A stretch of DNA of 64,000 nucleotides from the human T2T-CHM13v2.0 reference genome, Homo sapiens. A program made the translations under genes and the position numbers. This document shows, in pieces, positions 53,039-64,000 of the stretch. The notes beneath the pieces were generated by a model. It was not told the origin of the DNA, searched no databases, and saw nothing but the letters and a program-made list of their open reading frames with translations. The stretch lies in NCBI RefSeq assembly GCF_009914755.1, contig NC_060947.1. One strand, given 5' to 3'. The stretch's first letter is position 1. Every line of letters begins with the position of its first letter.

Positions 53039-53562
53039 CTCCTGTCTCCTCTGGCTCAGCCAATGACCGAATTACAGTCTCTGAGCCACAGTCACTGGCC
53101 AAAAGTGACTTCCAGTTTGGAGCCGGGGGTGGGGGAAGGGGGCGTGTGGTGTCCTGCACATTTTTCGTGCATTCTTTTCCGTGAACCAAATATTGTCTGC
53201 TCTCATATATCTATAGCGCAGTTTGCTCCAAGAGAATGTGGTGGATTTTCCACAGTCGTGGAGCATTTCTTCAGTTTCCTAAATGGTCATTTTTATTAGT
53301 TATTTTTCTAGGTTCTCGTTCATGGGCATGTTTTCATTTTACTCATATTTTCCTTTTTCACTCTCATGCTCTCTCGCGTGTATGGTGGGATTTTCCCGAC
53401 TTTCATTGTGTGTGATGTGGCAACAGATCACGTCCAGAAGCAGTTACAAGAATCCAGCTGACTTTTCCTAGGTGAGAAGTCTGGGGGATTTTCAATTATC
53501 TAAAAGAAAGTTGATCACCACTCTACGGCTTTAGAAAAAATATTTTTCATATGCGTTTGTAA

Positions 53563-53913
<351 letters not shown>

Positions 53914-55604
53914 GGTGATAGATTTTTAAGTATTACTTTAAAGTGGATTTTAAAATAAATTCATCAAAATTTCTGTTATAATAATTTTGAAGTAAATATC
54001 GGCAGATATAACTTACAGAAAAGATTTTGGGGTTCCTACTAGTTTTTAGAAGTGTAAAGTTGTCTTGAGAAAAACTGTTCTAGCTATTTAATCATTTGCA
54101 AGAGAATCAGATCAATTGAAAACACTGAGCCCCCGTTTTAGTGGTTAAGCCTTTTTAAAAGTCCAATGCCCAATATTCATCAAGACTTTGAAATCATACC
54201 GCTGATAGAAAGCTTTTTTGTCACCTTCCTGACTCCCATATGAATGACAGTAGCATTTCATCCTCAAACATGGTGTTGGGCTTTTGTTTGAGGTCAGTAG
54301 CATCTTTTCTTTTCTAGGCATTTTAGGTAAAGTAAGAGATACCAAATATTCACACATGCCATTTTAGCAACCTTTGAGATTTACATTTTTTAAAAAAATT
54401 TCTTGGTTTATTCATATAAATCATGTTTATAGATTTTCTAATATTAAATCATACTAGCTTTCTGGGAAAGAAATTCCTTCCTGTGGGTGGCTTCCCTGGA
54501 TATTAATTAGGTTCCTTCCTATGCCTCATCATGATGAAATTCTTGACCGTGCACAATCACCCAGTGGTTAAGCTCGGGTTTCTCATGACTTTCACACCCT
54601 TGGCCACTTGCTTCCTTCAAAAGCCCCAAGGCCCCGCTGTGTCCTGGGGGACTTCAGGTTCGCAGAAGCAGCCTGGATCCTAGGCTCAGCTGGGCTCCCT
54701 CTGCAGCAAGAACCTGGGCTGTGGTGTGGGACAAAACAGGGGCTAGGGAAGTGCGTTGGACCCCTTGAAGAGCCTTTCCTTCACCTGTTTTTGTCTGAGT
54801 CTCCAGCTCTCCACACCGCTCACATTTCAGGCACAGTTGTGCTGAGAGAGCAGGCTGTACTCAACCCTGCCCACCCTCAGCTATGGCAAGCTATGCATTC
54901 CAGGAATTCTTCTACACCTAGAAGATAAAACCACATGTTTGTCCCGCTAACTTTTCTAAGGTTTTAGATTCTCAGCTATCTACACACAATGGCCAAAGAG
55001 CCTCATGTGCTCGTGCTCCCGTTGCAGATGGAAGACAGGAAATCAAAAGATATCCAAGGAAGGGAAAAGGGTCAATAAGAAATTGGTACTCTCCAAAAGT
55101 CACACAAACATTAAACCATGAAGGGATGGTTTCCTGATCAGGAATGCAACCCATGATGTCGAGGTGAAAGCGCAGAATTTGAACTCAAAGGCTGCAAGGT
55201 GAAGTGGCCTTTGTTTTTATTCCCACAGGGGCAGTTTGAGCAGACACAAGAGTTTAACTTTCTTTAGGTCAGATTTTTTGCTCTTTACTTTTATCAAGAA
55301 GAGTTTTAAGGCTAGCTGTCACACCATTATGTGTCTTTTTATACATTTAACCTTTCTATCAATCAGTTAGTATAAGAACTCTCTAAAATCCTTTTAATAA
55401 AATTGAGGAGGCTAATTTAAGGGATCGATCTTTTGGCCATTGACAATTATAATTCTTAATAGTGTACTGAATTTCAATAGTGACTGGATGCAATAGGCTT
55501 TTCAGAGAACAAGTAATCCCAAAGATTCCCCCTGTTCCCAGACATAGGCTAAAAGTAACAAATGACTCCTGGGATTGCTGTTTACCAGCACTCGCTAGCT
55601 AGAC

Positions 55605-56120
55605 CAGCGGTCCCCAACCTTTCTGGCATTTTCTTGGAAGACAATTTTTCCATGGACTGGCATTGAGGGGATGGTATTGGGATGATTCAAGGGCATTACA
55701 TTAATTGCACACTTTATTTCTATTATTATTACATTGTAATATATATTGAAATACTTATACAACTAACCATAATGTGGAATCAGTGGGAGCCCTGAGCTTG
55801 TTTTCTTCCAACTAGACGGTCCCATCTAAGAGTGATAGGAGAGGATGACATATTATCAGGCAATAGATTCCCATAAGGAGTGTGCAACTGAAGATCCCTC
55901 ACATGTACAGTTCACCAAAGGGTTCTCGTTCCTATGAAACTCTAATGCTGCTGACCTGACAGGAGGCAGAGCTCAGGCGGTAATGCCAGTAGTGGTGAGT
56001 GGATGTAAATATAGATGAAACTTCTGCTGCTCGCTGATGCTCACCTGCTGCTGAAACGGCCCGGTTCCTAACAGGCCACGGACCTGTATCAATACCTGGA
56101 TTATGGGTTGGTGATCCTTG
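55605..56120. mobile_element. MER1A-like hAT-Charlie element
   Basis: TIRs CAGCGGTCCCCAACC ... GGTTGGTGATCCTTG; ~516 bp. Confidence 0.8.
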
Positions 56121-56803
56121 CTCGAGACAATAAAGTTTGAGATGACAAAAGCCCCTTATGGATGGGACTTCTTATGACAAATCCTGCCGAGAGCTAGGCA
56201 CATTCAGAACAAAATAAAATCTCTCCGCTTCCCAGCGAAGAGATTTGTTAGACCAGACACCTGCTTTGACCCAAAAATCACTTCCCCTGGATGGTGGCAA
56301 GCAAGAGAGAGTGCTTCCTCTTGCTCACAAATCAAGCTCTCAAGAACACAGATCAAGACAAGAGGGAACTTTATCCTGTAACCCTCTCTATGAACAACAC
56401 AGAAAGACAAAGTCAAAGGAATACACTGTTTCTGGCATGAAAGGGATAAAAAATGTGAATATTCATACCACAAAGTAGTGTAAGGTGTACCAGAGTTGCT
56501 ACACCTAGACCAGTCACACAACAATCTTTTTCTCCTAGGCATGAAACCTTGTAGAGGAGACAAACAGAGGGATTTGTTTTGTACCATCTGCCCAACTGGG
56601 TTGTACAGAGAGAGAAGCTGGGGGCCTGACTGGTAAGAAATTCTTGCCCTTTTGCCACCTTGTCAGATGACTGCATTCCCTTAACTTCAGGTTCCAGAAG
56701 AGTGGAGTGGCTTTGGTGACCCTTCTTGCTATACCAAATTGTGTGAAGGTTTGCTAAGAAATCAACTCACAAAAGGCAGATTAACAAGAGAAAAAGCATA
56801 CAA

Positions 56804-57090
<287 letters not shown>

Positions 57091-58074
57091 AAGCATACAA
57101 ATTTATTTAACATATATACACTGCAGCCTTCGGAGCAAAGGCAGAAAGGTACAGGGTAAATTGTCTATTTATATGCTCAGGTTCAACAAAGTATGGACAG
57201 CCCTGTAGAAATATGATGGGACAAAAAGGCTAAGACCTAATGCTAATCCAGCAGGGCTTGTTTGTCTAGACTGTGCTTGGCTTCTGTGAACACAGATTTC
57301 TTCCTCCTGGGTATGGGGCAGGACCCTCTCTGTAATGGGGTCTTGTGACCTGCAGTCAAACAAGGTCAGATCATTTCTTTATGACCAGTTTTACACAAAA
57401 AAGGTGGAGGAAAAATTAGAAAAGTATTTTTAGGCTTTGTGACTATCTTTAGAAAAAAAGGCTTCTGGTTTCTAGGACCCACCTTGGGGAAGAGGGATTC
57501 TGGTCTGTACAGTTAGCTCCCTGGGAAGAATGGGGCTGACAGACAGGAGGACCCAGGACCTCAGAGAACATCTTTTACATCCGAGACTACTTCTGGGGCC
57601 TTTATTTTGGGGTATCATGCTCTGAGCCCCAACAATAGAAGTCAGCTGCATGTGCAAGTTCATCACTTACAATTTTTACTTTCCTCAAAAACACTAAGAA
57701 AACAATACAGACCAAACCTTTGCCACTGTAAAACTAGGATTGCCTTTCCTCAAGCTTCCAGTAACATCTTCCTAGTTTCGGTCTCATAACTCACCACAAG
57801 CACCTTTAACACTCATAGCTCTAGCAACATATCGGTGATCATGATATATGTATTCTCTAAGTCAGAGATCCTTTGTCTGCAGCAAATAATTCTTTTCTTA
57901 ACCCTCACTTGAATTGCATTTGGTGTCCATATTTCCCCCAGCCATCTCCTAAAGGCCCTCTAGGCTTCTTGTGCCATGCATGTCAAAATGCTTCCAGTCT
58001 CTATCCATTATCTAGTTCCAAAGCTGCTTCCACTCTTTCAGGTGTTAGCTATCAGATCTGTCTGGCAACAGAAT

Positions 58075-58505
58075 CCCTATTGGTTTGCTCTGTTAGCCTG
58101 ACAATGTACCACAGACCTGGGTGGCCTAAACAGCAGACATTAATTGTTCACAGTTCTGGAGGTTGGAAGTCCAAATCAAAGCGTCAGCTGGGTTGTTTCC
58201 TTCTGAGTAATAAGAGGGAAGGATCTCTTCCAGGGATTTTTCCTCAGCTTGTAGATGGCCCACTTCTCTGTATGCTACTTCACATTTTCTTCCCTGTACA
58301 CATGTCTCTTTGTCTGAATTTCCCCTTTTGATAGGCACAATGCACGCTAGCCATTTCGAGTTAGAGCCCACCCTAATGAATGTAATTTAACTTCAGTATC
58401 CCACTAAAAAACCCATCTTCAAGTAGGAGAGAGACGAGGGGTCAGGAGTCCAATAGATGTATTTGGTGTTTTTTTTTGGGGGGGGGGACACAACTGAACC
58501 CATAG
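58075..58505. mobile_element. MLT1B/C-like MaLR LTR
   Basis: 'taccacagacctgggtggcctaaac..cacagttctggaggttggaagtcc..gggggacacaact'. Confidence 0.7.
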
Positions 58506-58645
58506 GACATAGGAATCCTGAGTTGTAGGTGGGAATACCTCCTGCCTCTTCCATTATGTTAAGAGAACACTGGTAACTGATGAAGGGAAAGAAGGTGACT
58601 CCTACCCATCTTTTTTCAAGACTACTTGAATGTTGAGTAATTTTA

Positions 58646-58672
58646 TACACACACACACGCACACACACACAC

Positions 58673-58717
<45 letters not shown>
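58646..58717. repeat. Compound (CA)n(TA)n microsatellite
   Basis: Directly visible. Confidence 0.95.
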
Positions 58718-58721
<4 letters not shown>

Positions 58722-59443
58722 CTGGTTTATTCCATTAAATTCTCTAGGTATAATGAGAGTGAAAAAGCTAAGGAACATTGTTAGAGATATAATGTTGATC
58801 TGACTAATCCTTATAAAGGGAAACCTAGGAATATAAGAGACAGAAATGACCATGTAGTAAAGGGATTAAATGGAAAATTATTAAATGAAAATTATTACTG
58901 TCCTTGAAGCAAGTTGCGCTATAGATATATTAGAGTTGACAATGTTTAGTTCTCGGAAAAAGAATGCATGAAAAATCTTCAGGACGCCACAGGCCACCTG
59001 CCCCTCCCCTTTACTACCTCCCCCCGCAAGAGGTAATAAGAACCCATTAATCTCATGACCTCAGGTCTCAATCACACACCCCTTTGTCAAAGTTTACCCC
59101 CGTTATTTCTCAGATTCTTACATGAGCTCGGAAACTAGCGTTCCCCTGTATTTTACTTGCAGCCTCTCAACAGGTGCCTGCCTTGAGAAAATTAGCCTCT
59201 GGGGTAGAGTCGACTTTTGTCCACTGGGGGTCGCAGATCCCAGTCCTCAGGGCCTCAAGACTGTGCCGCGAAGGAAGGAAAGGAAGGGTTGGGAGCAGCC
59301 TCTTCTGAAAACCTGATACCTCCCCTCCACCGCCTCCTCTGTCGCCAGGCGGAAAATTCCCTCTCCCATCTTCTGAACACAAGCCAAAGTGCCTCCTGCA
59401 CTCCCGCCCCCCGTACATTTCCTGCGGGAAACCGTCGGCCTAC

Positions 59444-60060
59444 CAGCTCTGCAATCAGCCGCACAGAATTCAAATTCGGATTCGGCTTTGATGACCTGCC
59501 AGAGAGAAAGGGACTAGAAGTTGGATGACCTCCCACCCCCATATTCCTTCCCAGGAAGAGATGAGGAGATGCAAAAGGGGTTCAAGACAGCTTGCGATCG
59601 TCTTCTCCCGCCCCTTGCCACCTCCCCGAACACCCGCCCCCGACGCCCGACAACACCCCCGCCCACTTCAATCCAGGCAAATCATAAATCCTACCCAGTC
59701 GGCAGCATCCAGATGAGCCACAACTCCTTTCTCAGCGCAACCAGGCCATGGGAGTGCTCCATCCCCTGCCTCGCAGTTACTGATTCTCCAAGCCGGGCGC
59801 CGCCCAGTCCTGGTGGGGCTTCCCCCACCCCTCTCCGCGCCGGGAAATCGCGCGCTCTTTCTTTACCTGCGCTCCACTGGTGGGCAGCGTATGCTCCCGC
59901 GTCGACAGCTCTGTTTCGCCTTCCGGTCCCCATAGCTCTGCAGGGGAACAGGATCGCTGGCGCCTCCTGGGCCGCTAAGCGACCCCGGGGCTGCCCGGCT
60001 TAGCGAGTGCTTCGCAGAGAGGTAGCCGAGTCGAGGCAGCGCGGTTCCCAAGGAAGTCAC
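59444..60060 (-). ncRNA. Putative divergent spliced non-coding transcript: exon ending at 59867 and exon 59495-59444 (possibly TMSB15B-AS1)
   Basis: Donor CAG|GTAAAG at 59867/59866; acceptor CCCTTTCTCTCTGGCAG| at 59496/59495; weaker donor CTG|GTAGGC at 59444. Confidence 0.4.
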
Positions 60061-60189
60061 GGCTGCGGCCACCCTCCAGTTCGGACCTCCGGGCAGCCGC
60101 GGTTGCTTTCAGTCTCTGCCCATTGAGACAAAAGAGCGTGACAAGCCGCGCGACGCGGCCAATCAGCGGGGCGAGGAGGCGGCCTCCCC

Positions 60190-60327
60190 AAGCAGCCTCT
60201 GGCCCTGAAGCTACTGCTAGCAAGACTCGGGAGCTGGCTGGCGGGGGCTGAGGCCGACAGGCACGGGAGCCGGCGCGGCGTCAAGTGGAGCTCGGACGCA
60301 CGGACCAGGCCCATTTCCCTTTCATCT
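60190..60327 (+). other. TMSB15B: Putative non-coding first exon of a + strand transcript (by locus recall, the distal 5' exon of TMSB15B)
   Basis: Downstream of CCAAT/GC boxes; donor TCT|GTGAGT at 60327/60328; start position approximate; gene name from context, not sequence. Confidence 0.4.
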
Positions 60328-61299
60328 GTGAGTTTGCTGCTACCCCGTCGCTTCCCTTCTCCCCATCCCCTTCCGCCTCGGCTCTGCTCCGGGCTTTGAG
60401 ACCGGATGCCTGAAACACGAGGTGGGACAGAAACCAAGTGAACAATGAGAGTTCCTTACCTTTGTATAGGGGGAAGGGGGGAAACAGCATTTACTGAGTG
60501 CTTTCTGTGTGCGGATGCGCCTGTCTCCTTTCTTCTCAGCAGCCCTGTGAAGGAGGTAGTAGTGTGCCCACTTAACAGGAAAGGACTGAAACACCCAGGC
60601 GGTACAGTTAGGAAGTGCAGAGCTAAGAGCTCACTCCCAAGTCAACATATCTGACTTCAAAGGCTACCCCTTGCCAACACTCCTCTATTCTGTTAGATTA
60701 AGGGATAGCGGAGAAAAACCAAAGCCAGGATGGGAGGACCAACTTGGGACTGCATAGAATTAGTGAGCAAGAACTGTTATCTCCATTTCACAGATGAAGA
60801 AACTGAGCCAAAGACAGAGAGGTTAAGCGTCTTGCACTGTATCCCGCAGCAAAGAAGTTACAGCATCCAACTTAGCACCTGTATGTTGCTCTCTAGATGC
60901 TAATTGTTTGCCCTGCAGCATTGTCTGAAGAGCACTTTTGCACAGGTAGTCTCAAACCATCTCAACAGCAGTCTCAATGTGATGATAGTGCTGAGGGAGG
61001 GGGTGAGGAGGTAGTAGGGAGAGGGCTGAGGGAAGATGAAGGCAACCTTTATGGTGCCCATTGTACAGAAGAGGAAACTCTTCTTGGCACTCTTCTTTCC
61101 TTCGTTTTTTTAAAAATACTTTTTTTTATACTACAAAAAGCTGCCCTTTTTATAAAAGCAACATAATTTCGACAGCCCTTTGTGACGCCAAGGGAGGCAA
61201 GGCTCAGAGAGGTAAAATGATTTGTCTGAAATTACAAGGTGAAGCCAAAATTTGGACCGAATCTCTGAATCCAGAACTCATACTATTAACTAAAGTGAG

Positions 61300-61475
61300 T
61301 AAAAAGTGGGCTGCCTCAGAATCATTTTGGAGAGCTTGTTATAAATGCAGATTCCTGGGCCTTACCCCTGGGGGATTTTGATGTACTAGGACTACAGGTA
61401 AAGAGTGTGATTTGTAGTTTTAAACAGCCCCATAGTTGATTCTGAGGTGTAGAGAGATTCGTGAACCACTGTTCT
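61300..61475. mobile_element. MER5A-like MITE
   Basis: 'cagaatca..ggagagcttgtt..aaatgcagattcctgggcc..gattctga..gaaccactg'. Confidence 0.65.
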
Positions 61476-63108
61476 AAACACCACCACGTGATGCTGAAGG
61501 TTATAAGTAAATGGGCCTGTCATCAGTGTATTTGTCCATGGCATATCTGTTATGAAATGTAACTCCAGAGCACAGGTTCCTACCCGCGGTCCTTCCTGGA
61601 ACTGTATGCAAAGAATCTGGACTCCGTACATTCTTCTGAGTCCACAGCTTTGCAGATTTTCAAATGGGTCTGTCATAATGTCTTCCTTCTTCAAGCCATG
61701 CTTGATGAAGAAGTGTGAGAAATCAAACCCCATTTAACCTAACCCCCAAACCACAGCTCTCTGTTGCTGATATGGCTCTTTCATTTCCTGGCTCAAGGAC
61801 AGGTTGCTAGGTTGCCCTTCTGTGAGCTCTTCAGGGGACTTCTCCTTTGCTGGATTTGGCATCACTGGCCCCAGAGAAGGAGCAACTCCATGGAAACAGC
61901 ATGCAGGGCTGTCCAAAGTGAATGGCCATGAAGGCAGTGGCTGGAAAACCTGCTCCATTTTTCCCTGACTTAGAGAGCAGGTATTACTTCCTTTATGTAT
62001 AGTGTGGCTAGGAGGCTCCTGTGGGGCCTGTTCTTGACTCCTGATGCTTGGAAGCAAGTGAACAGTCTGAAGCCCTTCCACTGCCGTTGGCTTCATCTTC
62101 AGCCTGCCAAGGCACTTCACTCACTCATTTCCACCCTCTTATTTACAACCCCAAGATGTAGAGTTCCTTGGAGTAAACAATACAGATTTGGAGATGAAGC
62201 ACTTTCCATCTCAGGATTGTGGCCTGTGGATGGAACAGTGGGGTAGTGGTGGTGGAAGGTGGAAAGTGTGGATGTATGGAGAAGGCAGGTTGCTCACCTC
62301 GCACACTTAGGGGTGATGGTGGCAGTAGCTCTTAGGTTTCCTTCAGACTTTTGCTTCTGCTCCCCTGTCCCGTGACATCTGACTCTTGCCTCCCAGAAGA
62401 CTCTTGTTCAGTGTTTAAATTGGCTTTATCACCAAATTAGGTATTTGCAGCTGGACTTGGTAGGGATGGAATCACATAAGACCAAGAATAGGTGTCAGAG
62501 CTCGGACAAAAATAATGACAGGAAATGGATTGTGTAAAGGTGCCAGAGTTGGACTACTGGAACAAAGCGAGAGACATTTTGTGCAGGGATGGGGGGAGTA
62601 TTTGCAACCTGGCTCCAATTGGATACAGGACATCCTATCTCTGGCCTCATGTGTGTGAGTCTGTTCCAACTGATGGCTCTAATGAGACCACATTTTGTAA
62701 TTTTAACACATAAACCTTAGAAGCTTGAAGGTTTAGAGATAAAGCTTTCAGCTGAAACAATAATAGCTGCCTTTGGCTGCCTTCCTCCTTTGTACCAGGA
62801 ACTTTCTATCTGTTATCTCATTTAAGCTTCCCAGCAACACTGTTGAGACAGCCATTGTATCCCATTTTGCAGAGAGGGAAACTGAATTTCAGGGATGTTA
62901 AGTAACTTGTGTAAGGCTTCACAACTTTTAAGTGCAGGCACTGGGATTGCAGGCCAGGGATGTCAAACTCCAAAGCCCATGAAAACTCTTCTTTGCTGCC
63001 TTCCAAACAAGCAGTCTAAAAGGCATTCTGCAGATAACCCAGTTCATTAGACCGATTGCAGCTTTTAGAACAATTTAGTTGTTATCTTGCCTTTATTCCT
63101 ATTATCTC

Positions 63109-63204
63109 TCTCTCTCTCTCTTTTTTTTTTTTTTGAGACGGAGTCTCCCACTGTCACCCAGGCTGGGGTGCAGTGGTGCGATCTCAGCTCACTGCAAGCT
63201 CTGC
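63109..63204 (-). mobile_element. Severely 5'-truncated AluY next to an L1 polyA tail
   Basis: Right-arm 3' end only; TSD CCTATTATCTC (63098-63108 / 63205-63215). Confidence 0.85.
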
Positions 63205-63216
63205 CCTATTATCTCA

Positions 63217-64000
63217 TTTTTATTTAATTTATTTATTTATTTATTTTTTATTAGTGCTATACTTTAAGTTCTAGGGTACATATGCACAACGTGCAGGTTT
63301 GTTACATATGTATACATGTACCATGTTGGTGTGCTGCACCCATTAACTCGTCATTTACATTAGGTATATCTCCTAATGCTAACCCTCCCCCCTCCCCCAC
63401 CCCACGACAGGCCCCAGTGTGTGATGTTCCCCATCCTGTGTCCAAGTGTTCTCATTGTTCAATTCCCACCTATGAGTGAGAACATGCAGTGTTTTGTTTT
63501 CTGTCCTTGCGACAGTTTGCTCAGAATGATGGTTTCCAGCTTCATCCATGTCCCTACAAAGGACATGAACTCGTCCTTTTTTATGGCTTCATACTATTCC
63601 ATGGTGTATATGTGCCACATTTTCTTAATCCAGTCTATTATTGACGGACATTTGGGTTGGTTCCAAGTCTTTGCTATCGTGAATAGTGCTGCAATAAACA
63701 TGCATGTGCATGTGTCTTTATAGCAGCATGATTTATAATCCTTTGGGTATATACCCAGTAATGGGATGGCTGGGTCAAATGGTATTTCTAGTTCTAGATC
63801 CCTGAGGAATCGCCACACTGTCTTCCACAATGGTTGAACTAGTTCACAGTCCCACCAACAGTGTAAAAGTGTTCCTGTTTCTCCACATCCTCTCCAGCAC
63901 CTGTTGTTTCCTGACTTGTTAATGATCACCATTCTAACTGGTGTGAGATGCTATCTCATTGTGGTTTTGATTTGCATTTTTCTGATGGCCAGTGATGATG
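63217..64000 (-). mobile_element. LINE-1 3' portion, L1PA6/7-like; continues beyond window end
   Basis: ORF2 C-terminal ORF 63594-63932, 3'UTR and A-rich tail. Confidence 0.95.

Larger units (their letters stand above)
59260..60420. promoter_or_regulatory. CpG island, probable bidirectional promoter
   Basis: High GC and CpG content; CCAAT at 60159-60163 with an adjacent GC box; ETS-like CTTCCGG at ~59921; splice donors pointing outward on both strands. Confidence 0.85.

Noticed and set aside
59973-60005. 8-bp inverted repeat CGCTAAGC/GCTTAGCG as a structured RNA
   Set aside because: Short and within GC-rich DNA; no RNA-family hallmarks
59122-60654. Multiple overlapping 60-160 aa ORFs in the CpG island
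   Set aside because: Expected from stop-codon scarcity in GC-rich DNA; no recognisable domains

Overview
Repeat-dense hominoid (human or great ape) genomic DNA. The combination of an H2B.W-family histone ORF, an ELF2 processed pseudogene and a bidirectional CpG-island promoter suggests Xq22.2 between RAB9B and TMSB15B; that locus assignment is from recall and was not checked. Most of the window is transposon-derived: a class III (ERVL-type) provirus with an env-TM relic and nested LTR9-like, LTR2 and Alu inserts; a tRNA-Gly-primed ERV1 provirus that appears heavily G-to-A edited and holds a near-full-length L1PA3; a Tigger1; and a full-length chimeric L1 with an old 5' half, an L1PA2-type 3' half and a 3' transduction. 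Non-repeat content is an intronless 133-aa H2B.W-like ORF that keeps a histone stem-loop, an ELF2 retrocopy, an isolated HYDIN coding fragment, and relics of inverted and direct duplications of the histone-gene flank. Repeat subfamily names come from remembered consensus sequences and need RepeatMasker or Dfam confirmation.
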